Virus record (IMG/VR): IMGVR_UViG_3300045988_093257
Location: 1-42,083 of that record
Source of the DNA: a virus
Strand: one strand, 5' to 3'
DNA: 42,083 bases
Made by a program: the position numbers and the translations under genes. The notes beneath the pieces are model-generated. The model did not search any database, had not been told where the DNA came from, and worked only from the letters and a program-made list of their open reading frames with translations. Below, one piece after another: positions 34,221 through 41,835 of this stretch. Each line of letters opens with the position of its first letter. Positions within the stretch are counted from its first letter, which is position 1.

Positions 34221-34580
34221 ATGAAATTAACAGTTAGATACGATATTAAAGATATTTTCAACCACTGCCAAACAATTGCTGCAGAGAAATACGTTACAAA
34301 AGAAGATTTTCCAATAGTTAAGGAAGCAATTAAGAAGATGGATAAGTTATATTCCACAGTCTCAGCTTATGCATTCTTGGATGATGGGGACTACTTTCTC
34401 AGAATCTATTATGAGTCATTTTTAGGTGTTGAGCACAATGAACTTACAGTTGAACTTGTTAAGCTGACAAAAGGTTATCTAGAAGACGTAAGATGGGAAG
34501 ATAAAATGCCACGAGCCAAGGTATACAAGCTAGTGAAAAAAGCATTGGAAACTGGATTAAATGAGGATTGGGGGATTTAA
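34221..34580 (+). CDS. Hypothetical protein
   Basis: 119 aa, AAAGGAA RBS. Confidence 0.6.
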   Translation: MKLTVRYDIKDIFNHCQTIAAEKYVTKEDFPIVKEAIKKMDKLYSTVSAYAFLDDGDYFLRIYYESFLGVEHNELTVELVKLTKGYLEDVRWEDKMPRAKVYKLVKKALETGLNEDWGI

Positions 34581-34840
34581 TGAAAGAACTGTTTAATGGA
34601 AAAGATGCTTATGTGATTATCAATTACAGTAACAAAACTCACTTGATAAGGCACAATGTAACACGAGCATTTGAAGATGATTACAAAAATGGAAAATTAG
34701 AGACAAAGCAAATAACAATCTTTGATACTCAGCCACATCACTTTTATGTAGACAATTACGACGGAACGATACAAATCAATTCCGTCGTTTTTGTTTCAGA
34801 AAAGAACAACAAGACAATTGTCAGATACCCATACAGATAG
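34580..34840 (+). CDS. Hypothetical small protein
   Basis: 86 aa from ATG 34580 (TAATG overlap with the upstream stop). Confidence 0.6.
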   Translation: MKELFNGKDAYVIINYSNKTHLIRHNVTRAFEDDYKNGKLETKQITIFDTQPHHFYVDNYDGTIQINSVVFVSEKNNKTIVRYPYR

Positions 34841-34852
34841 GAGGTAATGCGT

Positions 34853-35032
34853 ATGATGAGAATTAAGTTTGATACTACAAATGCTGCATTTGATGAGAAT
34901 TGTGGAGGTGGGCTGGAATGGCAGTCTATCGAGATTCTTAAAGAAATTATTGAAAAGCTAGAGAATGGCACAAAAGAAGGAAACTGTTTCGATGAAAATG
35001 GTAACAAAGTTGGAGAATGGAAACTAAGATAG
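34853..35032 (+). CDS. Hypothetical small protein
   Basis: 59 aa from ATG 34853 (GGAGG 8 nt upstream); ...DENGNKVGEWKLR C-terminus. Confidence 0.55.
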   Translation: MMRIKFDTTNAAFDENCGGGLEWQSIEILKEIIEKLENGTKEGNCFDENGNKVGEWKLR

Positions 35033-35043
35033 AGGAGAAAATT

Positions 35044-35502
35044 ATGATTACAAGAAAAGAATTTAATGAAATGAGTTTTGAAGCCGCATTTGAGTACTGC
35101 TATGATTGTTACGAAGAATCAGAACGTTTCAAATACAGAGATGGGTTAAATGAGTGTGCAATACAATGTATTAAGCACGGTGACAATAAACAAGCACTGG
35201 CAATTTTGAAAACTCTAAATGATTACCCTACTACAGATTATTGGATTTATACGATTGACGTGGATGAGTATCCAATACCAATTAATTGCAAAGATGTTTT
35301 ATGTCGTGAAATTGACTTTGAGGACGGACCACAGACGTATACAGTAGAACTAACTGGCACTCAAACTGTACATGTAGACGTTGACAGTTCAATGAGTGTT
35401 GAAGACATTTTTAACAAGATAGTGGAACAAATTAAAATTAAAAAAACAGCTGAAAATATATATAACATAATGAATGCAAGCACTGGCGAAAAAATGTGGT
35501 AG
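35044..35502 (+). CDS. Hypothetical acidic protein
   Basis: 152 aa from ATG 35044 (GAGGAG RBS). Confidence 0.6.
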   Translation: MITRKEFNEMSFEAAFEYCYDCYEESERFKYRDGLNECAIQCIKHGDNKQALAILKTLNDYPTTDYWIYTIDVDEYPIPINCKDVLCREIDFEDGPQTYTVELTGTQTVHVDVDSSMSVEDIFNKIVEQIKIKKTAENIYNIMNASTGEKMW

Positions 35503-35508
35503 GTATTT

Positions 35509-35679
35509 ATGAAAAAGACATTTAGAGTAGTATACAGTACAGATGAGTACGTTACAGTCGATACAGATGACTGTAAAACAAAAGATGATGTTATTGATTT
35601 GATTCTTGAGAATTTAAAAACAGATGCATTAGAAATTTTATATATAGACGATGAAAAAGGAGAAGCTATTTATGGATGA
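35509..35679 (+). CDS. 56-aa acidic protein, below the ORF-track cutoff
   Basis: ATG 35509, MKKTFRVVYSTDEYVTVDTDDCK...; its stop overlaps the next start (ATGGATGA); weak RBS. Confidence 0.4.
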   Translation: MKKTFRVVYSTDEYVTVDTDDCKTKDDVIDLILENLKTDALEILYIDDEKGEAIYG

Positions 35680-36025
35680 ATTTTTAGAAGATAGAATCTA
35701 TGATGCAGCAATAATTGCTGATTTTGTAACAACTTTTCACAAAGATTATGTATACTTTGCATCACAATCGCCATGTGGAGAAGATATTGGCTTTGAAGTG
35801 TATAAAGAAAATTACACTTTTGATGATATCTTTGAAGAAGTAATGTCAAATTTCAAGTACTTTGATGTAGATGAACATGCAACAATGTGGTATGAAACCA
35901 ACGGAAAAAGTGGAGCACCAACAGACTTGAGGACATTGCTTAATGATGCTCAAGATATCAAGAACATGTACGGATACTTATACATGCAGATGTACAACTT
36001 AAAGAAAGAACTGGAGGAAGAATGA
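35672..36025 (+). CDS. Hypothetical acidic protein
   Basis: 117 aa from ATG 35672 (AAGGAGAAG RBS). Confidence 0.6.
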   Translation: MDEFLEDRIYDAAIIADFVTTFHKDYVYFASQSPCGEDIGFEVYKENYTFDDIFEEVMSNFKYFDVDEHATMWYETNGKSGAPTDLRTLLNDAQDIKNMYGYLYMQMYNLKKELEEE

Positions 36026-36207
36026 TTACAGAAGAACAGTATGAAAGAAGCAAAAAGAGAGTCAGACGTAAATTGAAAGTCATGACTGCTATCAGGATTT
36101 TAAGTAACCCGCCCTTTCACTATAAAGGCACAAACCGTTTTAAGGTAATTGCTGAAAGTTTTAATGAAATCGACAAATTATTTGATAACCATGTTAGAAT
36201 ACGTTAA
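36022..36207 (+). CDS. Hypothetical small basic protein
   Basis: 61 aa, ATGA overlap with the upstream gene. Confidence 0.55.
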   Translation: MITEEQYERSKKRVRRKLKVMTAIRILSNPPFHYKGTNRFKVIAESFNEIDKLFDNHVRIR

Positions 36208-36223
36208 TAGAGAGGAGTATAAT

Positions 36224-36430
36224 ATGGCAACATTAGCTCAGAGAAAAGCAAATCAGAAATACAAAAAGTCACACAGAGATGAAATAAACGCAAAAACAAG
36301 AAGTTTAAAAGTAGATGTATACTTGCCAAAAGAGCAACACTATTTAGACTTGTGGCGGACACTACCAAACAAAAAACAGTTTATTATTGATGCATTAGAC
36401 AGATATGAGGAAGAACACAAGAATGAGTGA
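36224..36430 (+). CDS. Ribbon-helix-helix-like small basic protein, paralog 1
   Basis: 68 aa from ATG 36224 (GAGAGGAG RBS). QRKANQKYKK...LKVDVYLPKEQ...LPNKKQFIIDALDRY shares its pattern with the next gene. Confidence 0.55.
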   Translation: MATLAQRKANQKYKKSHRDEINAKTRSLKVDVYLPKEQHYLDLWRTLPNKKQFIIDALDRYEEEHKNE

Positions 36431-36662
36431 TGAAATTGAGATTCTTGGAGAGTCAAAGAAAGAACCTAGATGGTTGACCAACAAGCAAGAATACAATCGC
36501 AAGTACAGAAATCAGCGTACACGTTGTATTGCCTTTAGACTACGCACACATGAAGATGAGAAATATATTAAAATATATCAGAGGATTCCTAACAAGATAG
36601 AATTTCTCAGACAGTGTTTAGATGCGTATGACAAAGGAACATTCAAATTCGGTAAAAACTAG
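36423..36662 (+). CDS. Ribbon-helix-helix-like small basic protein, paralog 2
   Basis: 79 aa from ATG 36423. NKQEYNRKYRN...CIAFRLRTHED...IPNKIEFLRQCLDAY. Confidence 0.55.
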   Translation: MSDEIEILGESKKEPRWLTNKQEYNRKYRNQRTRCIAFRLRTHEDEKYIKIYQRIPNKIEFLRQCLDAYDKGTFKFGKN

Positions 36663-36837
36663 AAAAAAAACTCAGCACTACAGTAAAACATTGAGACAGA
36701 TTCCTATTTATCTCCGTAAGGACGACCCACTCAACTTTGTGTGGGATTCCATTGAAGATAAACATGCATGGTTTGTTGAGAAACTTACTATGTATGCAAG
36801 GAAACACCCCGAAATCTTCCGTAACAAAGATTTGTAG
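36622..36837 (+). CDS. Small basic protein, probable divergent paralog 3 (start uncertain)
   Basis: 71 aa. ...HYSKTLRQIPIYLRKDD...DKHAWFVEKLTMYARK. No clear RBS; 41-nt overlap with the upstream gene. Confidence 0.45.
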   Translation: MRMTKEHSNSVKTRKKTQHYSKTLRQIPIYLRKDDPLNFVWDSIEDKHAWFVEKLTMYARKHPEIFRNKDL

Positions 36838-36845
36838 TGCAAAAA

Positions 36846-36873
36846 GAAAGGAACCTTTAAATGTAGGTTCCTT
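36846..36873. terminator. Bidirectional rho-independent terminator between convergent operons
   Basis: AAAGGAACCT-TTAAATGT-AGGTTCCTTT, with a T-run on plus and an A-run upstream (T-run on minus). Confidence 0.75.
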
Positions 36874-36899
36874 TTTCTATTTAAGTATTACTTGCCTAT

Positions 36900-37331
36900 T
36901 TAAATAGAATCTTCATACTTTTTGACTGCTTGCAGAATTGCAAGGTCAAACATTCCTTTTACCTTGGTTTCAGAAAATCCTAACTCTTTGGCTAAGTCTG
37001 AATACTTCTTTCTTCCACGAAAGATTTTTTCCAAGTCTTTTCTTTCCCAAGGCTTCATATTATCAAGGATTCTATGGACTCTTTCAGACTGGTAGTTAAG
37101 GACTTCCAGTTCTTTTTCCAGTTCTTCCTTTTTCGCTACATAATCAGCAAGTTTACAGTCATTGTCTTGCCCGTTGTAATGTACACTTCCCCATTGACTA
37201 GAGTGCAAATCAAACTTGCTTTTCAGTAGTTCTATCTTAATTTCTATCTGCTTTCTGATTGGAGACTGTGACAGATAGCTCTCAAACTCCTTCTTGAACC
37301 ACTTTACTTTTTTAGAATCTTCTGAGTTCAT
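36900..37331 (-). CDS. Putative late-gene transcriptional regulator (sigma region 4 / ArpU-RinA-like HTH)
   Basis: 143 aa, last gene of the early operon. C-terminus KKYSDLAKELGFSETKVKGMFDLAILQAVKKY resembles a sigma-70 region 4 HTH. Confidence 0.4.
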   Translation of the reverse strand: MNSEDSKKVKWFKKEFESYLSQSPIRKQIEIKIELLKSKFDLHSSQWGSVHYNGQDNDCKLADYVAKKEELEKELEVLNYQSERVHRILDNMKPWERKDLEKIFRGRKKYSDLAKELGFSETKVKGMFDLAILQAVKKYEDSI

Positions 37332-37344
37332 TTTAACCGCCTTT

Positions 37345-37424
37345 CTAGCCCGTTTTAGACGCTTTTTCTACTTTCTAATAATTATATCATTTTCAGTATT
37401 TTTAAAGCGTCTACGCAAGGCTAG
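37345..37424 (-). promoter_or_regulatory. Long interrupted hairpin (element B) enclosing an extended -10 box; shares a 13-mer with element A
   Basis: CTAGCC/GGCTAG (37345-50/37419-24) and TAGACGCTTT/AAAGCGTCTA (37356-65/37404-13), with a symmetric 5x5 internal loop. The loop carries minus-strand TGATATAAT (37381-37389). The 13-mer AGCCCGTTTTAGA lies at 37347-37359. Confidence 0.4.
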
Positions 37425-37430
37425 TGGGGT

Positions 37431-37760
37431 CTATCTCCACTTCATTGAGTTTCTGTCAAACGTCTTTCCTTCGTCTATGTATTCGTCCATCTTTTCGATG
37501 AACACCTTAGAATCGGGAATCAATACATCACAGATTACCGAACTTTTAAAAAAGTCTACACATTCAACGATTGTATGCTTGCTAGAATCCAGTACTCTGT
37601 TTCGCATTTCTTCACTCAGCCCATTGTCATAGTCCAGTGCATCTATAAAAGCTACACATGCATGACTGTAGTCGTCTACTGCTTGATAGATGACATTAAG
37701 TGCAACCGACTCCCAAGGGTCGCTTGTGTGTTTCAAATCACGCTTCACTTGGGACCCCAC
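37431..37760 (-). CDS. Hypothetical protein (non-ATG start, start uncertain)
   Basis: 109-aa ORF. Codon 37758-37760 is GTG; an alternative GTG at 37748 has a GTGGGG RBS-like motif. Confidence 0.5.
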   Translation of the reverse strand: MGSQVKRDLKHTSDPWESVALNVIYQAVDDYSHACVAFIDALDYDNGLSEEMRNRVLDSSKHTIVECVDFFKSSVICDVLIPDSKVFIEKMDEYIDEGKTFDRNSMKWR

Positions 37761-38013
37761 TTACTAAAAATCCGTTTTTGATAATACACCGTTCATCGTA
37801 TTCTTTACATGTGTCTTTTCCGTATACATGGTTGATGTATCTGATGGCTTTATACATGTCCTTGTCGTTTTTGAAAGCAATCAAGCACTTGTCTTCATAC
37901 AGACTTACACATATTGCGTCACATTTCTTAATTGCAGTAGGTAGCTTTGCATCATCTTTCAGTGCAGCTTCCATGGCTAATTTTTCATCTACGTAACAAA
38001 CCGAAATTTCCAT
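37738..38013 (-). CDS. Hypothetical protein
   Basis: 91 aa, AAGGAGAA RBS. Confidence 0.6.
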   Translation of the reverse strand: MEISVCYVDEKLAMEAALKDDAKLPTAIKKCDAICVSLYEDKCLIAFKNDKDMYKAIRYINHVYGKDTCKEYDERCIIKNGFLVSGVPSEA

Positions 38014-38179
38014 TGTCTATTTTCTCCTTGTAATGATTATCCCAATAATGGCAAATGTGATTATTAGGACAGACAGAAACAGTAGGCTTGCCATTATCAT
38101 TCTTACTAATTTCCATAAAACATACATTTCTATCCCTAAAAAATCCAAAATTATCATGCTTCTTTATGCAGTCAATCAT
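37985..38179 (-). CDS. Hypothetical small Cys/His-containing protein
   Basis: 64 aa, ATGA overlap with the upstream gene. Confidence 0.5.
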   Translation of the reverse strand: MIDCIKKHDNFGFFRDRNVCFMEISKNDNGKPTVSVCPNNHICHYWDNHYKEKIDNGNFGLLRR

Positions 38180-38484
38180 TCTTCCACTTTTGATTCTGCA
38201 ATTGCCAGCGACTTGAATTTGTCGTCGTTTTTTGCACCTTTAATGCATCGGTTTTCTTGCTTTTTATACGCATCTAAGTACCATTCGTCTTTATCGCCAT
38301 TGTATGTAAGTTCGTAATACATACCATCGTGCAGGTCTGTACTCATTAAGTACTTCCAGTTCTGTAGTGTCTTACACTTCCATACGATGTATGGTTCTGA
38401 ATCTTCTTCATATGCATCCTTGTGTAAGTGTTCTAAAACGTAATCCTTTACAATTTTTAATGCTTTATTATCCATTGTGTGCAT
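38176..38484 (-). CDS. Hypothetical protein
   Basis: 102 aa, AAGGAGAA RBS. Confidence 0.6.
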   Translation of the reverse strand: MHTMDNKALKIVKDYVLEHLHKDAYEEDSEPYIVWKCKTLQNWKYLMSTDLHDGMYYELTYNGDKDEWYLDAYKKQENRCIKGAKNDDKFKSLAIAESKVEE

Positions 38485-38486
38485 GT

Positions 38487-38834
38487 TTATTCTCCTTTAT
38501 TGCTTGTATTTATCTTTTCAAAAATGTAGTCTACTGAATCCTTAATCACATCTTCTGCACTTTTAATATTCTCTTCTGTGACTTGCGAAGCAACCATCAT
38601 CTGATAGCAAGTCTTTTTCGATGGAAGAAATAGTGTGAAAGCCAAAAATACTATTGTGACAATAAACCATTTCTTAAAAAGTCTGTTTAATTTTTCTTCA
38701 TTAGCATCTTCATCACACACTATCCAAAGAAGAATCCCGCCTAAAATAGCCAATGGGAAGATACAACACATTATTTTCAAGTTACTTATTACATCTACGA
38801 GGTAGAAAAGCCACGGATTGATAATCGGTGTCAT
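38487..38834 (-). CDS. Small membrane protein (two predicted TM helices)
   Basis: 115 aa. IMCCIFPLAILGGILLWIV and WFIVTIVFLAFTLFL hydrophobic stretches. Confidence 0.6.
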   Translation of the reverse strand: MTPIINPWLFYLVDVISNLKIMCCIFPLAILGGILLWIVCDEDANEEKLNRLFKKWFIVTIVFLAFTLFLPSKKTCYQMMVASQVTEENIKSAEDVIKDSVDYIFEKINTSNKGE

Positions 38835-39241
38835 AAGCCTAGCTCCTCTAAACTGTAATCCTTATTAACTTCCATCCCTTTATACATTGCATCATCATCG
38901 AGATATGGAAAATGCATTCCATCGCCATTTTGAAGTATAATTCTAATACATTGTTTTCCATCATCGAAATCTTGAGCTTTTACAATATACGCTATCATTT
39001 TTCTAAAAGGTTTAATCGTTGCTGACAAGTATTCTCTTTCTGAATCATTTAAGATAGGTCCTTTGAATGGTTTAGCCATCCAATCTAAGATGTCACGTGT
39101 GTAAGTAGTACAACAACATGAACAAATATTTGAATCACAATTCTTTTTTACTTTATCGAGCACAACAGAAGTGTTTGCAAATTCTTCGTTTAATATTTTT
39201 TCCAATTCCTTTTTATAATGTTCTAAATTTGTTTCACTCAT
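38831..39241 (-). CDS. Hypothetical Cys-rich protein
   Basis: 136 aa with CDSNICSCCC; overlaps neighbouring genes at both ends. Confidence 0.6.
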   Translation of the reverse strand: MSETNLEHYKKELEKILNEEFANTSVVLDKVKKNCDSNICSCCCTTYTRDILDWMAKPFKGPILNDSEREYLSATIKPFRKMIAYIVKAQDFDDGKQCIRIILQNGDGMHFPYLDDDAMYKGMEVNKDYSLEELGL

Positions 39242-39596
39242 CTTTTTCTCCTTCTTTTAGATAATCTTCATATTCAGTAAACTTGTTTCCCCATCTCCAA
39301 AATGATTTTTCCCAGTCGATACTCTGCATACAGTTTTGGCAGTATTTTTGGTTTTTGCTTACATGTGCCCCACATGAAGGGCATAAGTACGCTTCTATCT
39401 GTGGTGCGTTCTTTCTAAACCTAATCTTTGCAACTACATATTTCGGTTTTGTCTTTTCAATCAGCTTTCTTAGTGGTTCAATGTTAGCTTCTATTTCAAA
39501 GTCGGGAACTTGGTCGTAAACAAGTCCTTCGTAATCATCATTAGGCTCCATGCATCGACATGTTAACCAGTTTAGTGCTTCCTCATATTTATTCAT
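39234..39596 (-). CDS. Hypothetical protein with a zinc-ribbon motif
   Basis: 120 aa with CPSCG-x11-CQNC. Confidence 0.6.
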   Translation of the reverse strand: MNKYEEALNWLTCRCMEPNDDYEGLVYDQVPDFEIEANIEPLRKLIEKTKPKYVVAKIRFRKNAPQIEAYLCPSCGAHVSKNQKYCQNCMQSIDWEKSFWRWGNKFTEYEDYLKEGEKDE

Positions 39597-39602
39597 GTTT
39601 CT

Positions 39603-39797
39603 TTACTCCAGTGGTGTTGCATTGAAAACATATGCTTTACAGTTTTTGCATTTTTCAATAATTTCATCAGTTGAATAGTCAACCAGTCCATAGCAGAAAA
39701 CTCTATCATCATCTGATCCATATTCGTGAGAAGATGTGTAGCAGCTCTTGCAATCTTCATCTAGTTTTTTTCCTCTTAGTTTTGCTCTGCTAATCAT
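39603..39797 (-). CDS. Small Cys-rich (zinc-ribbon-like) protein
   Basis: 64 aa from ATG 39797 (ATGA overlap). CKSC ... CKNC pairs. Confidence 0.55.
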   Translation of the reverse strand: MISRAKLRGKKLDEDCKSCYTSSHEYGSDDDRVFCYGLVDYSTDEIIEKCKNCKAYVFNATPLE

Positions 39798-40207
39798 GCT
39801 TCTTCGTACTCCTTTAGAAGTTTCTCCACAATTTCCTTGCCTTTGGTTTCTGCTTCTTCTTTGGTCTTGAAACAATTTCCACTCTTCCATATAGCATAGT
39901 CCTCAACAAAATCCCCAAACATATCGCAAATAGCTTTGTTGATTCTTGCACTATAGCTCCAATATTGTTCACCAAATTTAGGCTTCCATGGCTTAGGTAC
40001 TGCTTTGTATGAGCCATTTAAAAGAGAATAAAGTGTTATTAATGGCTCAGAAAGCCAAAGACCATTTTTTTCTCTTTGGTATAAAATTCCATCTTCTGTA
40101 ATTTTGTACATATCTTCACCTTTTCTTTTGCCATCTGAATCCGTTATTACGAACTCTTCTCCAAGTTCAACACCTAGCATCTCTGCAAATTGTTTCCAGT
40201 AGTTCAT
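39794..40207 (-). CDS. Hypothetical protein, tandem paralog B
   Basis: 137 aa. MNYWKQFAEMLGVELGEEF ... GNCFKTKEEAETKGKEIVEKLLKEYEEA parallels the upstream gene. Confidence 0.7.
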   Translation of the reverse strand: MNYWKQFAEMLGVELGEEFVITDSDGKRKGEDMYKITEDGILYQREKNGLWLSEPLITLYSLLNGSYKAVPKPWKPKFGEQYWSYSARINKAICDMFGDFVEDYAIWKSGNCFKTKEEAETKGKEIVEKLLKEYEEA

Positions 40208-40608
40208 GCTTCTTCGTACTCCTTATGAATGGCTTCCATAACCTCTTTACCTTTTTCGTTGGCTTCTTTTTCCGTCTTGAAACAGTTTCCAAACTTCCAA
40301 AGAAGCAAATCATAATTTCCATTGCACCACTTGCGAGTAGTTGCTCGATTCAACGATACTGAGTAGAAAAAGTATTGTTTTCCTACTTCAAGTTTCCATG
40401 GTTTAGCTACTGCTTTGTACTTGCCACTTAAAAGCAAATCAAGCATTAATGTTACTTTCCCCGATAAATTATTTGCTTTGCTAAAAAGCCCATCTTCTGT
40501 AATTTCGAACAAAGCATCATCTATTGTTTTTTCATGAGAGCCTATAATTCTGAACTCTTGTCCTAGTTCAAGCCCTAACATTTCTGCAATCTGTTTGTAG
40601 TAGTTCAT
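40204..40608 (-). CDS. Hypothetical protein, tandem paralog A
   Basis: 134 aa. MNYYKQIAEMLGLELGQEF ... GNCFKTEKEANEKGKEVMEAIHKEYEEA. Confidence 0.7.
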   Translation of the reverse strand: MNYYKQIAEMLGLELGQEFRIIGSHEKTIDDALFEITEDGLFSKANNLSGKVTLMLDLLLSGKYKAVAKPWKLEVGKQYFFYSVSLNRATTRKWCNGNYDLLLWKFGNCFKTEKEANEKGKEVMEAIHKEYEEA

Positions 40609-41471
40609 TTTCCTTTAAATTGTCTCTGTAGTTCTAACGCTTTGGCTAATGCTTCATCACTAACTGGTGTAGAGACAATATCTCCTTTCTCTTGTCTTTT
40701 CATGTATTCGGGTATTTCTACCTCGTTTGTTTTGTAATTATTCTGTAATGCATAGAATGTCTGCCAGTTATGTTCAACACTCTGATTAACTATCTCAATT
40801 CTTTCTGAATCAATGTCAGATAGTTGTTTCAGCTTGTTTAACGCAAGTTTAAACGCATATTCTGTTTGAATTGGTTTCTTGATAGACTTACGCATATCTA
40901 AGAAAGCCTTTAATGCTTCTTTCAACTGTTCATTTTCAGTAAAAGAATCAATCATTCCATCCAAGTCAGCTTTAGATGACTTCTTTTTCTTCTTTTTATC
41001 TGTATCTATATCTATCTCTATATCTTTCTCTAACTCTATCTCTATCTCTATCTCTGGTGTAGATTTCTTGTTAGATTCCTTACAGATTTCCTTACTGCAT
41101 GATATTTTTCTTTGATATTCACGTTGCCTATCTGCTTCTGTAGATGATTTCCCAATGTATTTTTGAATATCTATCATGTAAATTGCACCGCTATCCAGTA
41201 TCTCTATCAGCCCCAAGTCTTTAAACAACACAAGTGCTTTTTCAACGTCTCCTACTGAATGACGTGTAATTGTAGCTATCATCTGCGAATTGTACGGTAT
41301 GCGTTCATTAAGCATCAGTTTTCCGTCTGACTGGAGACTCATTAGATACAGTTTGAGAAGAATGTTTGAATACTTATATCCGTCTTGCATGGATTCAAGT
41401 ACTTTCATTTCGTTTGTATCAAAGAAATTCTCTTTAAGACGCATGTAATAGTACTTTTTGTTATCTGCCAT
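40605..41471 (-). CDS. Phage replisome organizer (replication initiator)
   Basis: The N-terminus YYYMRLKENFFDTNEMKVLESMQDGYKYSNILLKLYL...RIPY matches the replisome-organizer N-domain pattern; central repeat and poly-Lys linker. Confidence 0.75.
   Translation of the reverse strand: MADNKKYYYMRLKENFFDTNEMKVLESMQDGYKYSNILLKLYLMSLQSDGKLMLNERIPYNSQMIATITRHSVGDVEKALVLFKDLGLIEILDSGAIYMIDIQKYIGKSSTEADRQREYQRKISCSKEICKESNKKSTPEIEIEIELEKDIEIDIDTDKKKKKKSSKADLDGMIDSFTENEQLKEALKAFLDMRKSIKKPIQTEYAFKLALNKLKQLSDIDSERIEIVNQSVEHNWQTFYALQNNYKTNEVEIPEYMKRQEKGDIVSTPVSDEALAKALELQRQFKGK
41001..41056. repeat. Iteron-like TCTATC/TCTCTA short repeats inside the replisome organizer gene (candidate ori)
   Basis: tgtatctatatctatctctatatctttctctaactctatctctatctctatctctgg, adjacent to the A/T run 40981-41000; encodes EIEIEIELEKDIEIDIDTD. 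Confidence 0.55.
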
Positions 41472-41650
41472 TATTGAAACTCCGAAAGAGCATCTTCGAA
41501 ATCATCTAACAGATTGCTTTCATATTCTCTAAAGAACTTGTCATCAAGTACTTCGAAATTGTCAACAGAGTCCAGTGTGTATGAAATCATTCTTGACAGG
41601 TTTTTCTGTAGTCTGCAACGGAACAAATCAATTGTTTCTTCTCTAGTCAT
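41471..41650 (-). CDS. 59-aa acidic protein, below the ORF-track cutoff
   Basis: ATG 41650. TAATG overlap with the replisome organizer start. MTREETIDLFRCRLQKNLSRMISYTLDSVDNFEVLDDKFF... Confidence 0.5.
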   Translation of the reverse strand: MTREETIDLFRCRLQKNLSRMISYTLDSVDNFEVLDDKFFREYESNLLDDFEDALSEFQ

Positions 41651-41652
41651 AG

Positions 41653-41835
41653 TTATTTCTCCGATAGTGCAATGAGAACGTCAAGCAGTTCACTTCTGTT
41701 GATTGAAACACTGTGGTTGTTAATGATTCTCATTCCTCTGTATTCCACGATATTGAGATTGATTACGTCTTTGTCCTGGCTGATATAAATTCTACTGTTG
41801 CTGTTAGCTGCTTTAATTGAATACTGTTTAATCAT
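41653..41835 (-). CDS. Hypothetical small protein
   Basis: 60 aa, tightly packed in the operon. Confidence 0.55.
   Translation of the reverse strand: MIKQYSIKAANSNSRIYISQDKDVINLNIVEYRGMRIINNHSVSINRSELLDVLIALSEK

Noticed and set aside
40981-41000. A/T homopolymer runs in the replisome organizer gene as a programmed frameshift site
   Set aside because: The ORF continues in frame across the run (it encodes poly-Lys), and no alternative downstream frame of meaningful length exists.
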